From positions 1 through 64,000 of the forward strand of contig JANNWY010000095.1 in NCBI GenBank assembly GCA_031409335.1: DNA of 64,000 bases. The letters run 5' to 3'. The notes beneath the pieces are model-generated. The model did not search any database. It was given only the letters and a program-made list of their open reading frames with translations, and had not been told where the DNA came from. The position numbers were made by a program, and so were the translations under genes. Origin of the DNA: Chthoniobacteraceae bacterium (lineage in GTDB: Bacteria > Verrucomicrobiota > Verrucomicrobiia > Chthoniobacterales > Chthoniobacteraceae). Shown here in pieces: positions 30,154 to 41,078 of the stretch (the stretch's first letter is position 1; every line of letters begins with the position of its first letter).

Positions 30154-30180
30154 GACGAACGTCCGACTGGATTTGGGACA
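30154..30180 (-). promoter_or_regulatory. Candidate ECF41/ECF42-type sigma promoter
   Basis: Minus strand reads TGTCCCA-N16-CGTC, versus the published ECF41 consensus TGTCACA-N16-CGTC, upstream of DoxX-BNR-MoaD. Confidence 0.55.
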
Positions 30181-30203
30181 TCAAATCGCCCTTTCCACAG
30201 GGC

Positions 30204-30445
30204 TGTTTGCAAACTCCACCATCGGAAAGCCTGAAAGGATGAAAGGCTGAAACAACTCAGCCCAGGGCAACGCCCTTGGTCGTCGGTGGAAAGAAACCAC
30301 AGCCCTGAAAGGGCGGAACAACAAGATGGCGGGGGATGTCCCGCCCATTCAGGGCTGACACCGTTGGGCGGGCGTTACCCAGGGCGTTGCCCTGGGCTTT
30401 GTTGTTTCAGCCTTTCAGGCTTTCTGAAGATGGAGTTCGCAAACA
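30204..30445. repeat. Nested REP-like palindromic element
   Basis: Outer arms TGTTTGCAAACTCC..GAAAGCCTGAAAGG / CCTTTCAGGCTTTC..GGAGTTCGCAAACA. Inner arms AGCCCAGGGCAACGCCCT / AGGGCGTTGCCCTGGGCT and AGCCCTGAAAGGGCG / CGCCCATTCAGGGCT. Confidence 0.85.
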
Positions 30446-30495
30446 CGCTCCAAGAGTCTTTCCCGATTCACTGCTGGCGAGGAGGAGTCTTTCGA

Positions 30496-31503
<1,008 letters not shown>

Positions 31504-31529
31504 CGCTTTCAGATCAGGCAAGCAATTTT

Positions 31530-33884
31530 TCAAGCGAGTCCTTTCTTCCTGCGAAGTCCCCATTCCACAACGAAACACGCGAGCGCGAACAGAAACATCG
31601 CGGGCGTGTGCCAGATCGGGCGCGTCCACGTTTCCGTCACCGGCGCGCGGCGCGACGGCAGGTCGCGCACGAATTCATCGAGCTTTTCCGGCGCGACCAC
31701 CTGCCCGCCGGTCTGCGTCGCGAGCGATTCCATCAGCGCGCGATTCGGCGTGAGCGAGCGAAATTCCGCCGCCGCCAGATCCGTGGTCCAGCCTGCCTGC
31801 GCCTTGCCCGCGACCGCTCCGCCGGAGTCCGTCACGCTCGCCTCGACGCGATAGCCGCCGCTCTCGCGCGGCACATACGTCGCTTCATACAAACCCGCTT
31901 CGCCCGCCGACGCCTCCGCCGGCAGCGTGATCGTCGCGCTTTCCCCCGCCCGCCCGACCGCCTGCACCTGAAGGCTCACCGTCGCATTGTCGAGCGCCTG
32001 AAATTTTGCATCGCGCGCGCGCACCTGAATCTGCATCGCCTGCGCATCCGGCTTTGGCTCGAGCCGCACTTCGACCGGCGCGGGGACATCCGCCACGAGC
32101 CAGCGCGACATCTGCCGCCACGCGCGTTCGAGATCCTTCATCCGCGCTTCATCGCCGAGCCCCGACTGCCAGAAATCGCCGATCAACATCGACGCCGTGC
32201 GCCCGCGCCCAAATCGCTGCGTGAGCAGCGCGGGAAACGTATGCTCGCCATCCGTCACCGTCGCCACCACGGTCGCCGCCGGCTTCGCGTCACCCGCCGG
32301 ATTCAGCACATCGAAAGTCGGCAGCGCCGCGAGTCGCGCCTCCTCCTCCGACTCCTTCGCGCGCAGCCGCGCCCACGGTTGCAGCCAGCCGTCGCGATGC
32401 AGCGCCAGCCGCAATCCCGCGCCCGGTGCGTTCGCGCTCACGCGATCGAGATACACCGGCAGCATGTCGCCGATCGCGGTGCGCTGAAAAGCGCCGTCGT
32501 GAAACGATTCCGCGCCGCCAAGCATCAGCAAACTGCCACCGCGCTCGGACACGAAACGCTGCACGAGGCTCATCTGATCCGCCGTGAAAAACGCGGCCTC
32601 CAGATCGTCGATGATTACTGCCTCGTATTTGAAAAGCTCGTCCGCGGTCTTTGGAAAACCGCCCTTCAATTCAAACTCATCCTCCGTGTTCAGCCGCACG
32701 AGCACCGGTTTGTCGTATTGCTCGATCTCTTCCTTCGACTGATTTCCAAAGCCGCGAAACAGCGGATTGCTCGACTCGCCGGTGCGCCCGCGAAATTCAA
32801 ATTTCGGCTCGCGTTTCGCCACGCGGATCAGCCCGACGAGCTGCGTCTGGTCATCACCCTCGACCGCGCGCGAGAGGAATTTGTATTCCCAATTTGGCCG
32901 CCCGCTCACGTAGAGCATCCGATGCGGCCCGCGTCCGCGATCGACGGCGAGGATCGTCTCGTTGTTCGCCATCGTGGCCTCGATCGCGCTCTCGCCGGGC
33001 GTGACGCGGAGGCGGTAGAAAAGGACGCCGCTTTTCTCCGGGCGAAGCTGAAAACGAAACGCGATTTTGTCGGTGTCGTCAGGAATCCGGATCGTTTGTT
33101 CGCCGACAATTTTTTCCACCGCGCCCGGCGCGCCGGCTTCGATTGCGGTCAGTTTTCCGATGACTTCGCGCCCGCGAAATCCGGTCGCGTTCACCTCGGC
33201 CTGCACGCTGACGGGTGCGTCTTCGAATGAAGTCTGCGTCGTTGCCGTGGTCGTGATCGCGATGTCATTGGCGGCGCGATCATTTCCAAAAACGACGGGA
33301 AAGATCGGCGGCAAACCTTGCAGGCTGGCCGGGTCGGTGAGATCGCCCGCGACGCCATCGGTCATCAGCAGCACGCCGGCGAGCGGCTGGCCGTTGTGTC
33401 GTTCGGCGAGCAGGCGCAGCGCATTTCCGAGCGCGGAGGTGCGTCCGTCAAAGGTGATCTCCGCGAAGTTCTGGGTGCCTTGCAGATGAGAGTCGGCGAG
33501 GTAATTGCGGACCTCGAAATTCTCGGCGAGCACGGTGCGCCACTGGTTGCTTTTCTCGTCGGTCAGAACGCGCGCGAGCACCGCGGCGCGGCTCTCTGTT
33601 TCATCCGGCCCGTGCAACGTCATGCTCTGGCTGTTGTCGGCGATGATCGCGATGATGTTCGCGCCGGGCCGTGCGCGTTCGCCGGTCCACATCGGCTCGA
33701 GCAGGCACGCGGCGAGCGCGGCGAGGCCGAGGATTTTCAAAGCGGCGCACGTGAGCCGGGTGCCGCGCGGGGCATTGGCGGTCGTGTAAGACCACGCGAC
33801 GAAAACGAGCGCAAGGCCGAGCGTGATGGCAGATGGCCAGAGCCACTCCCGTCCTGCGAGAAAAAGTGCGCCGGTCACGATCAT
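31530..33884 (-). CDS. Membrane-anchored vWA-like + class I glutamine amidotransferase-like domain protein
   Basis: N-terminal TMs, DNSQSM and MTDG MIDAS-like motifs, FVSERGGSLLMLGG, C-terminal EWGLRRKKGL. Confidence 0.8.
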   Translation of the reverse strand: MIVTGALFLAGREWLWPSAITLGLALVFVAWSYTTANAPRGTRLTCAALKILGLAALAACLLEPMWTGERARPGANIIAIIADNSQSMTLHGPDETESRAAVLARVLTDEKSNQWRTVLAENFEVRNYLADSHLQGTQNFAEITFDGRTSALGNALRLLAERHNGQPLAGVLLMTDGVAGDLTDPASLQGLPPIFPVVFGNDRAANDIAITTTATTQTSFEDAPVSVQAEVNATGFRGREVIGKLTAIEAGAPGAVEKIVGEQTIRIPDDTDKIAFRFQLRPEKSGVLFYRLRVTPGESAIEATMANNETILAVDRGRGPHRMLYVSGRPNWEYKFLSRAVEGDDQTQLVGLIRVAKREPKFEFRGRTGESSNPLFRGFGNQSKEEIEQYDKPVLVRLNTEDEFELKGGFPKTADELFKYEAVIIDDLEAAFFTADQMSLVQRFVSERGGSLLMLGGAESFHDGAFQRTAIGDMLPVYLDRVSANAPGAGLRLALHRDGWLQPWARLRAKESEEEARLAALPTFDVLNPAGDAKPAATVVATVTDGEHTFPALLTQRFGRGRTASMLIGDFWQSGLGDEARMKDLERAWRQMSRWLVADVPAPVEVRLEPKPDAQAMQIQVRARDAKFQALDNATVSLQVQAVGRAGESATITLPAEASAGEAGLYEATYVPRESGGYRVEASVTDSGGAVAGKAQAGWTTDLAAAEFRSLTPNRALMESLATQTGGQVVAPEKLDEFVRDLPSRRAPVTETWTRPIWHTPAMFLFALACFVVEWGLRRKKGLA

Positions 33885-33899
33885 CGTGCGCAAAGAGTT

Positions 33900-34066
33900 C
33901 CGGGGAGCGCGCTCGTCCCGAGTGCTGGCGAAGGCGTCCCGCCTTCGCGGACTTCAAAAACTGCCGATGGTCTGAGACTCCACGCACATTTCAGAAATCG
34001 CGCGCGAAACGAAGTTCGTTTCGGCGGGACGCCGAAACCGGCACTCGAGACGAGCGCGCTCCCCGG
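33900..34066. repeat. REP-like palindromic element (Chthoniobacterales style)
   Basis: CCGGGGAGCGCGCTCGTCCCGAGTGCTGG ... CCGGCACTCGAGACGAGCGCGCTCCCCGG with internal hairpins; intergenic. Confidence 0.85.
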
Positions 34067-34098
34067 GATATGTCGCGAGCGCGCAAACGAAAACTTCA

Positions 34099-37000
34099 TC
34101 ACCGGCTGCGCCCGAGTTCCTCGTAGTAGCGGCGGACGTGCTCGCTGTACTTTGGCGGGACGGGATCGCGGTCGATCGGCACCAGCGCTTGCTTGGAATC
34201 GCGACGCGCGAGTTCTTCGGTGAGACGATTGCGCAACTCGGCGAGCGGGGCGCCGATTTTCGATTTCACGAGATCCCATTTGATGTCCGCGCCGTGCCGC
34301 TTGAATTCCGCGCGCATTGCCTGCGCCACTTCGCGGACCTGCGCCACTTCATTGCGCAGCTTGGGCTCATCGAGCATTTCCTCGACGCTCCGCAGCCGGT
34401 CCGACCACTCGACAAATCCATCGCCAGTCAAAGGCCCTTCGGCAGTATCGAGGCCGCCGCCGCGATCATCTCCGCCACCACCGGCCCCGGTGCGAATCCC
34501 GCCGCGCTGCATCTGGCTCTGCGCCAGCTCACGCAAACGCGAACCCTGACGCTCAGCCTGCGGGCTATTCGGATCGCCAGTCGGCGAACCATTCGCATCA
34601 CTTCCACCGCCGCCATTGCCTGGCTGCCCGCCTTCTCCCGGTTGTGAACCTTCACCAGGCTGTTGCCCTTCGCCGGGTTGCTGCCCTTCGCCGGGTTGCT
34701 GCCCTTTGCCGGGCTGTTGCCCTTCACCGGGTTGTTGTCCTTCACCGGGTTGTTTGCCTTCGCCGGGCTGTTGACCTTCGCCGGGTTGCTTGCCTTCGCC
34801 GGGTTGCTTGCCTTCGCCGGGTTGCTTGCCTTCGCCGGGTTGCTTGCCTTCGCCGGGTTGCTTGCCTTCGCCGGGCTGCTTGCCTTCGCCGGGCTGTTTG
34901 CCTTCGCCGGGTTGTTGCCCTTCACCGGGCTGTTGGCTTTCGCCATTTTCCTGATCGGGATTCGGTGTTCCCGTTTCGCCACGCTGCTCGCCGGGTTGCT
35001 GCCCGTTTTGTTTTTCGCCCGTTTTGTTCGCGATTTCCCGATTGAGCTGCCGCGCCGCTTCGTCGATTTCCGCGCGCGCGGTCCGGAGCGCTTCAGCTTC
35101 GCTGCCGAGCACACTCTCGGCGGCGCGCTCCACGCCAGCCTTCAACTCATCAATCTCCATCCGCGCTTTCTCCTCAAATTTGCGCGCATCCTTCGACATG
35201 CCGCGTGTCGCGAGCTCGCCTGCCTTCTTGAGCGTTTCGTCCGTCCCGGCCTGCGTGTTTTTGCGGAGCGAATCGTAAAGCTCTTTGGAAAGCAGCGGCT
35301 CCGCGGTCTCGGCACGATCGGAAACATCCTTCATGTCCTCGCGCAGCCCGCCCAGCGCCTTCTGCTGCTGATCAAATTTTCGTTCGAGCATTTCCTTCGG
35401 ACTCGACGCATCAAGCGTGCGGCGCGTCTCCGGTTCCGCCTCCGCGAGTTTTTGCCCGAGTTCTTCCTGCCGCTGCGCGAGTTCGCGCGCCTCGCTGCGC
35501 ATCTGGCGAAGATCATCGTTGAACTGCCCCGCGCTCTTTTTCCGAAACTCATCGCTGAGTTCCTTTAGCTCCCGCTCCGCGCGAGTCCCGGACGCCAGCG
35601 CCTGCGACGGATCATTTTTCTCCATCGCCTCCGCCGCTTTCTGCGTCTCGCTGCGCGTCTGCTCGAGCTGCTTGCGATTCTCCGCCATTTCCGACGCGGA
35701 CGCCGACTGCTCCATCTTCTGTTTCGTCTCATCCATGTCGGCGAGAAGCTGCTGCTCTTCCTCGCGGAGCCGTTTGAGCTGCCGCTTCAGCTCCTCTTTT
35801 TCCTTCTCGGTCTTCGCCGCCTGGAGCGCCGTCTGCAATTCTTTCAGCCGCTCATTGATGTCGTTCTGCCGTTGCGCGAGCTCCTTCAGCCGGTTGAAAA
35901 TCGCGAGCTGTTCGCGCTGCTCCTCTTTCTCCTGCGGCTGCGCGTCGCGTTTGTTTTCGTAGCGATCCTTCTCCTCCTTCAATTCGAGTTCCGCCAGTTC
36001 CTCCTGGCGCTGCTGGCCCTGCGCACTCTGTTCGCCACTGCTGCTCTGCTGACGCGAAACTTGAAACTCATCCGCCGCGAGTTTGAGCAGCGCATTGTAG
36101 GCGGCCTGCTCGGCAGTCAATGCATCGGGCAAAGGCACGGGCGTCTCGGCGGCGGCGGTGAGATGAGTCACCGCTGTCTTCATCGCGTTGATCGCGTCCT
36201 GCATGAGAGCCTTCGACTTTGCGCTTTCGATCTTTTCCAAATACTCGTTCGCCTTTTCCAGAGCAGCCTCCTGCGCCTCCCGCACGACCGGGATGTCCTT
36301 CAAATATTTTTCGGAAGCCGGCGGAAAACTGTGTGCATCCGCGCTGCGCTTGATGTTCCAGGTCGCGACGATGATCTGCTTCTGCGCATTCGCCTGCTCC
36401 TGCGCTTCACCGCCCCCGGCTGGCTGTCCGCCTTCGCCGCCCTCGGGTCCCTCGCGCATGATCTCTTCAAACGAGCGGACCTCCGCGAAATACATGTCGC
36501 CCGCCGTGCGGCGCACTTTTCCATCCGGCCCGACATCGTCCGCCCACAGATACCAGGTCACGAGCTGTTTCGTCGTCACGCTCAGCTCCTCGAATTTCAG
36601 CATGTGCTCCATCACGAGCTTCTCGTCCGGCTTGGAATCGTGCCCGAGCACGACATCCTTTTCCGGCTGCCCGGCGACCGTGTAGCTGAGCCCGTAGGCC
36701 GGCATTCCGAAATCATCGAACGCCGTCGCCTTGAAGGAAACTTCCTGCAACGCCGTGACCGTCTGGTCGCCTTTCGGCGCGTCGAATTTCAACTCGGGCC
36801 GCTTGTTCGGGCGCACATCGACGACGAGTTGCGCGGGCATTTTGTTCGCGCGGCCATCGGTGTCTTCGAGCTTCAGTTCGTAAGTTTCGCCTGCCTTGAG
36901 TTCGAAGTCTTTCAACGTCGCCACCACCTTCTGCGGATCGACCGTGAGCGGGATTTCCGACTTATCCTTGCCAACGAGCTTCGCGGATTTCACCGGCTTG

Positions 37001-37914
37001 TTGAGCTGGAAATCGACGCCGAGTTTGCTGCCCTCGACCGCACTCACGCGGCGCGTGTCGGGAATCTGCTTTTCGGAAAGATGCGTGTATTCGGGATACT
37101 TGATCGTGGCGTCGGCGCGTTCGAGGCGCGGATGCTCGAAGACGGTGACTTGGAAATCCGGCGTGGATTTTCCCGCATACTCGATGCGGTAGCTCATGTC
37201 GGTATCGACCTCGGGCAGCCCGCCGCCAAACACGGGATCGTCGAGGTTCTTCACGAGCGGCATCCGCTGCGCCGGCGCGTTCTTCGGCTGAAACACGAGC
37301 GTCGCCTCGCTCGGCAAATCGCTTCCAAATTTCGCGAGCACCACGATGCTCGATCCGCGCTCGAGCGAGACATTTCCCGGCGTGACTTCCACGCCTTCTT
37401 TCAAGACAGGACCGACCGTCGCGGCGATTTGCTCCGCGCGTTCCAGCCGCATCAGCGAAAAGCCGAGCAGGAAGAGGAGCGCAAACTGCACCGCCAGCGC
37501 GCCCGCCATCCGGCGTGCGGGAACGGCGTCGATCCACGAATGTTTGCGGCTCGCCGCCAGCGCATCCTGGACGACGCGCTTTTGGAGGAAATGCAGTTCG
37601 CCGGTCCGCGCATCGGGGCGCTGCTCGACGGCCGTGACGAGCAGCGCGTGCAGCTCCGGGTGCTTCACTTCCACGAGATTCGCGATGTCGCGGTAATCTG
37701 GCTCCCAGCGCGCGTTCCTTTTCCAAACAAACCACGCCGCGAGTCCCGCGATCAGCGCGAGCAGCGGCGCGGGAAAGTGAACTCCCGCATTGGCGAGACC
37801 GAGCGCGACCAGCGCCATGAATCCCCAGCAAATCGCGAGTCGCCACATCAGACGCGCGCGGCGGCGGCGTTCGACGATCGGGGCGAGGGCGAGTTTGAGC
37901 ATCGGTGTGATCAT
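34099..37914 (-). CDS. Large membrane-anchored coiled-coil protein (DUF4175-like) with hexapeptide repeat
   Basis: N-terminal TMs, Ig-like region (YPEYT, DDFG), long coiled coils, C-terminal DPVPPKY..VRRYYEEL. Confidence 0.8.
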   Translation of the reverse strand: MITPMLKLALAPIVERRRRARLMWRLAICWGFMALVALGLANAGVHFPAPLLALIAGLAAWFVWKRNARWEPDYRDIANLVEVKHPELHALLVTAVEQRPDARTGELHFLQKRVVQDALAASRKHSWIDAVPARRMAGALAVQFALLFLLGFSLMRLERAEQIAATVGPVLKEGVEVTPGNVSLERGSSIVVLAKFGSDLPSEATLVFQPKNAPAQRMPLVKNLDDPVFGGGLPEVDTDMSYRIEYAGKSTPDFQVTVFEHPRLERADATIKYPEYTHLSEKQIPDTRRVSAVEGSKLGVDFQLNKPVKSAKLVGKDKSEIPLTVDPQKVVATLKDFELKAGETYELKLEDTDGRANKMPAQLVVDVRPNKRPELKFDAPKGDQTVTALQEVSFKATAFDDFGMPAYGLSYTVAGQPEKDVVLGHDSKPDEKLVMEHMLKFEELSVTTKQLVTWYLWADDVGPDGKVRRTAGDMYFAEVRSFEEIMREGPEGGEGGQPAGGGEAQEQANAQKQIIVATWNIKRSADAHSFPPASEKYLKDIPVVREAQEAALEKANEYLEKIESAKSKALMQDAINAMKTAVTHLTAAAETPVPLPDALTAEQAAYNALLKLAADEFQVSRQQSSSGEQSAQGQQRQEELAELELKEEKDRYENKRDAQPQEKEEQREQLAIFNRLKELAQRQNDINERLKELQTALQAAKTEKEKEELKRQLKRLREEEQQLLADMDETKQKMEQSASASEMAENRKQLEQTRSETQKAAEAMEKNDPSQALASGTRAERELKELSDEFRKKSAGQFNDDLRQMRSEARELAQRQEELGQKLAEAEPETRRTLDASSPKEMLERKFDQQQKALGGLREDMKDVSDRAETAEPLLSKELYDSLRKNTQAGTDETLKKAGELATRGMSKDARKFEEKARMEIDELKAGVERAAESVLGSEAEALRTARAEIDEAARQLNREIANKTGEKQNGQQPGEQRGETGTPNPDQENGESQQPGEGQQPGEGKQPGEGKQPGEGKQPGEGKQPGEGKQPGEGKQPGEGKQPGEGQQPGEGKQPGEGQQPGEGQQPGKGQQPGEGQQPGEGQQPGEGSQPGEGGQPGNGGGGSDANGSPTGDPNSPQAERQGSRLRELAQSQMQRGGIRTGAGGGGDDRGGGLDTAEGPLTGDGFVEWSDRLRSVEEMLDEPKLRNEVAQVREVAQAMRAEFKRHGADIKWDLVKSKIGAPLAELRNRLTEELARRDSKQALVPIDRDPVPPKYSEHVRRYYEELGRSR
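34612..34935 (-). repeat. In-frame 18-bp tandem repeat, 18 units encoding (Q/K)QPGEG
   Basis: Counted from the translation and the coordinates (324 bp). Confidence 0.92.
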
Positions 37915-37921
37915 GGCAGGA

Positions 37922-38064
37922 AAGTAGGGCAGGCACCCCGCCTGCCAAAAGTCCCGCGGGCGCCCCGCCCGCAGCAGGCAAGTCCGCCGGCCGGTGCGGC
38001 TTCGGGACACATAGCAGGCGGGGCGCCTGCGGAACGCATGGCAGGCGGGGCACCTGCCCTACTT
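37922..38064. repeat. GTAG-type REP doublet (REPIN-like)
   Basis: AAGTAGGGCAGGCACCCCGCCTGCC ... GGCAGGCGGGGCACCTGCCCTACTT. Confidence 0.8.
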
Positions 38065-38091
38065 GCCCGCTTGGTGTGCGTGGACGTTAAG

Positions 38092-40170
38092 TTAGATCGC
38101 GGCATGGCTCGGTGAAGCGTGCGAGACTCTGGCGGCAATCAGCGTCTCAATCAACAGAACAGCGAGCGCGGCAACTATTAGCCATCGCCACATTTTTTGC
38201 CGGCTTTCCAGCTCCGCGGCCTGCGCGCGCGCGGCCTCCTCGGGCGAATGCGGCACCAATGGTTTCAGCATCGAAGCCAGTGGCACGCCGAGGCTGCCGA
38301 GCCGGTCCGCGCCGATTGGCGTGAGTTTGCTTTCATCGGGCGCGAGATTCACCGCGAACCGCAGCGTCCCCGGTGTCACCCCATAAATCCCCGGCTGATC
38401 CGTGTCGGCGAACGAACTTCCCGCCGCGGTCTCGATCTCCACGCCGTCTGGTTTGCGCACTTTGAAAGGCTGCGCGCCCGGCGGCAGCGGCACCTCTTCG
38501 CCGACAAAATACTGCGCCTTCCGCGGCGGCAATTTGCTGCTCTGCTCCAGCATCGCATACAGCAGCGGCACGAATTTCGACGACAGCGCGAGCTGGCTGT
38601 CCGCCGGCCGCCAGGTGCTCGCGAGAATGATGACGCGGCCCTTTCCGAGCGGCACCTCGACGATCGCGGGATTCTTGTCGTCGAACGACGCGAGGACGCG
38701 CGCGCCAGTCAGCGCTGTGGTTTCGATGCGGCGATGTTTCCAAAAATGGATCTTCGTAAAATCGCTGAACCGCGGATCGGCAAACGCGCTGAACAGCGGA
38801 TGCTGAAAGTCGATCTGCGCGAGCATCCCGTAGTCCTTCACGTTGGCTTCGGTCGCGGTGAAAGCCGGCGCTTCTAGCAGCCGCGCGAGCGTCCCGGCGC
38901 TGGCCGCGTTCGCGAGCGGGGCGAACACCGTTTTACCATCGCTGACAAACTGCCGAATGCCCGGCAGCGCCGCGTCACCGGTCATTTCGCCGAGCACGAT
39001 CATCTGCGCTTCCTGAAGCTGGAACGCCGGCACCGGCGCATCGCCGCGAGTCGCGCGCACATCGACGCGCAGCGACGGCGTTTTCTGAAATGCGCGCCCG
39101 AGAAAATAGAACGCGCCGGTGGAATCCTCGTTCGCGTCATTGCCGACGTAGAGCAGCGGAGCCTGCACGGGTTGCGGTTTCAGGATGAAAAGCGCGTTGT
39201 CGAAACTCACCTCATCGCCCAACAGCGCGAGCCGCTCCGCGCCCGGCTCCGGCAGCGGAGGCCGCGCCACGCGCACCTGCCCCGCTGGCACATAGACGTC
39301 GAGCTTTTCGGCAGGCGCGCCATTTTTCGCCGACCACTCCAGCGCGAACTGCTCACCGTGCGCTTCCGCGCTGTTCATCACGCGAATGCGCGGCCCGGAT
39401 TTCTCGTTGGCAGTTTCCACCTCCTCGCTGTCGGCGATCCATTGCGCCGCCGCATTTGCCAGCTTCTTCGCGACGACCGGCTCGACGCGCACCGTGATCC
39501 CGCGCTGCCATTCATAGCCCTGCAAACCATCGAAGCGGCTCCCTTCCTGCATGTCGCTGACGATCACGATCTCCAGCGCCGGGCTCTGCCCCTCGCTCGG
39601 CGAATTCAGCATCTCCGCCGCTTGCAGCAGCGCCGTCCCGAGCCCCGTGCCGCTCCATCCGGGCACCACCGTTTGCATTTTCTGCATCGCTTGGGCGACC
39701 CGCGCATCCGGCGTCGCCTTGCGCCATTGCTCGAAATTCAGAAGCGTCCGCGGCGCGCGATCGAAGGCAAGCAGGGCGATTTCATCCTCCGCCTTCGCCG
39801 CCCGCACGATCGCCTCCGCCTTCGCGCGCGCCTGCGCCGCCAGGTCCTCGCGCTGCATGCTCGCGCTCGTATCCACGAGAATCACCGTGCGTTTCCCCGC
39901 GCTTGCGCCGGGCAGCGCCAGCGCATTTTCCTTTTGTAAAAAGGGCCGTGAAAATCCCAGCGCCAGCAGCGCGATGACGAGACAGCGCAGCAGCAGCAGC
40001 CAGAGATTTTCCAGGCGACTGCGGCGCGTGACGCGCGGCGGCGTCGCTTTCAAAAACATCAGCGAACTGAACGGCGTGACCTCGCGCGTCGTCCGCCGGA
40101 TCAGGTGAAAAATGACCGGCCCCGCGATGGCCAGCGCGCCGAGGAGGAAGAGCGGAGCGAGGAAGTTCAT
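38092..40170 (-). CDS. BatA-domain / vWA protein
   Basis: MNFLAPLFLLG..PVIFHL..FSSLMFL..LLLLRCL (BatA); DTSASM and SDMQ MIDAS motifs. Confidence 0.88.
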   Translation of the reverse strand: MNFLAPLFLLGALAIAGPVIFHLIRRTTREVTPFSSLMFLKATPPRVTRRSRLENLWLLLLRCLVIALLALGFSRPFLQKENALALPGASAGKRTVILVDTSASMQREDLAAQARAKAEAIVRAAKAEDEIALLAFDRAPRTLLNFEQWRKATPDARVAQAMQKMQTVVPGWSGTGLGTALLQAAEMLNSPSEGQSPALEIVIVSDMQEGSRFDGLQGYEWQRGITVRVEPVVAKKLANAAAQWIADSEEVETANEKSGPRIRVMNSAEAHGEQFALEWSAKNGAPAEKLDVYVPAGQVRVARPPLPEPGAERLALLGDEVSFDNALFILKPQPVQAPLLYVGNDANEDSTGAFYFLGRAFQKTPSLRVDVRATRGDAPVPAFQLQEAQMIVLGEMTGDAALPGIRQFVSDGKTVFAPLANAASAGTLARLLEAPAFTATEANVKDYGMLAQIDFQHPLFSAFADPRFSDFTKIHFWKHRRIETTALTGARVLASFDDKNPAIVEVPLGKGRVIILASTWRPADSQLALSSKFVPLLYAMLEQSSKLPPRKAQYFVGEEVPLPPGAQPFKVRKPDGVEIETAAGSSFADTDQPGIYGVTPGTLRFAVNLAPDESKLTPIGADRLGSLGVPLASMLKPLVPHSPEEAARAQAAELESRQKMWRWLIVAALAVLLIETLIAARVSHASPSHAAI

Positions 40171-41078
40171 GCGGCCGCCTTTCTTCGCACGATTTTCCCG
40201 CGCGCGCGCCGGGCGTTCAGGAAATCGAACAGCGCGAGTTCGAGCGGCTGATCGGTGATGAGCCGGTGATGCGTGATGCCGAGCCGCTCGCAAATCGCGT
40301 GGACCGCCGCGAGATGCGCGTCGCGCTGCCGCGTGTATTCCGCCCGCGCGACGGCGGGTTCGAGGAAAAGATCACGGCCTGTTTCCAGATCGAGAAAGCG
40401 CGCGGGCGCGGCGAAATCGAACGTGATCTCCGCCGGATCAGCGAGATGAAAAAGCAGCACCTCGTGCCCGCTGGCCGTGAGCATCGCGAGACTCGTTTCG
40501 AGCGTTTCCACCGGCGCGAGCAGATCGGAAATCAGCACCACAAGCCCGCGCTTGCGCACGAGTTCCGCGATTCGTTTCAACGGTGCCGCGAGATCGGTCG
40601 CCGCGCCACCTGGCGCCTTTTCCAGCGCGAGCATGAGCTGCCGCAAATGCCCCGGACGATTCCGCGCCGGCAGATATTCGCGCACCGCTTCATCGAAAGT
40701 CAGCAGCCCGACCGCATCGCCCTGCTGCGAGAGAAAATAGGCGAGCGTCGCCGCGAAAGTATTCGCGTAAGCGGCCTTCGTGAAACCGCGCGAACCGAAC
40801 GTCATCGACTTGCTGTTATCGACCAGCAGATGGCAGCGCAGATTCGTCTCGTCCTCGAATTTTTTGATGTAATACCGATCCGTCCGCCCCACGAGTTTCC
40901 AGTCCAGATACCGCGGATCATCCCCCGGCGCATAAGGCCGGTATTCCGTGAATTCCACGCTGAACCCATGATAAGGCGACCGATGCAACCCATGCCAAAA
41001 CCCTTCGACCACCGAGCGCGCCCGCAATTCCAAATTGCGGATGGCCATGAGTGCGGCGGGATCGAGGTAATTGCTCAT
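40167..41078 (-). CDS. DUF58 domain protein
   Basis: GLHRSPYHGFSVEFTEYRPY.PGDD.R.LDWK motif. Confidence 0.93.
   Translation of the reverse strand: MSNYLDPAALMAIRNLELRARSVVEGFWHGLHRSPYHGFSVEFTEYRPYAPGDDPRYLDWKLVGRTDRYYIKKFEDETNLRCHLLVDNSKSMTFGSRGFTKAAYANTFAATLAYFLSQQGDAVGLLTFDEAVREYLPARNRPGHLRQLMLALEKAPGGAATDLAAPLKRIAELVRKRGLVVLISDLLAPVETLETSLAMLTASGHEVLLFHLADPAEITFDFAAPARFLDLETGRDLFLEPAVARAEYTRQRDAHLAAVHAICERLGITHHRLITDQPLELALFDFLNARRARGKIVRRKAAA

Noticed and set aside
34612..34935. Possible CRISPR array
   Set aside because: Units are contiguous with no spacers, in frame within a CDS, and no cas genes are present.
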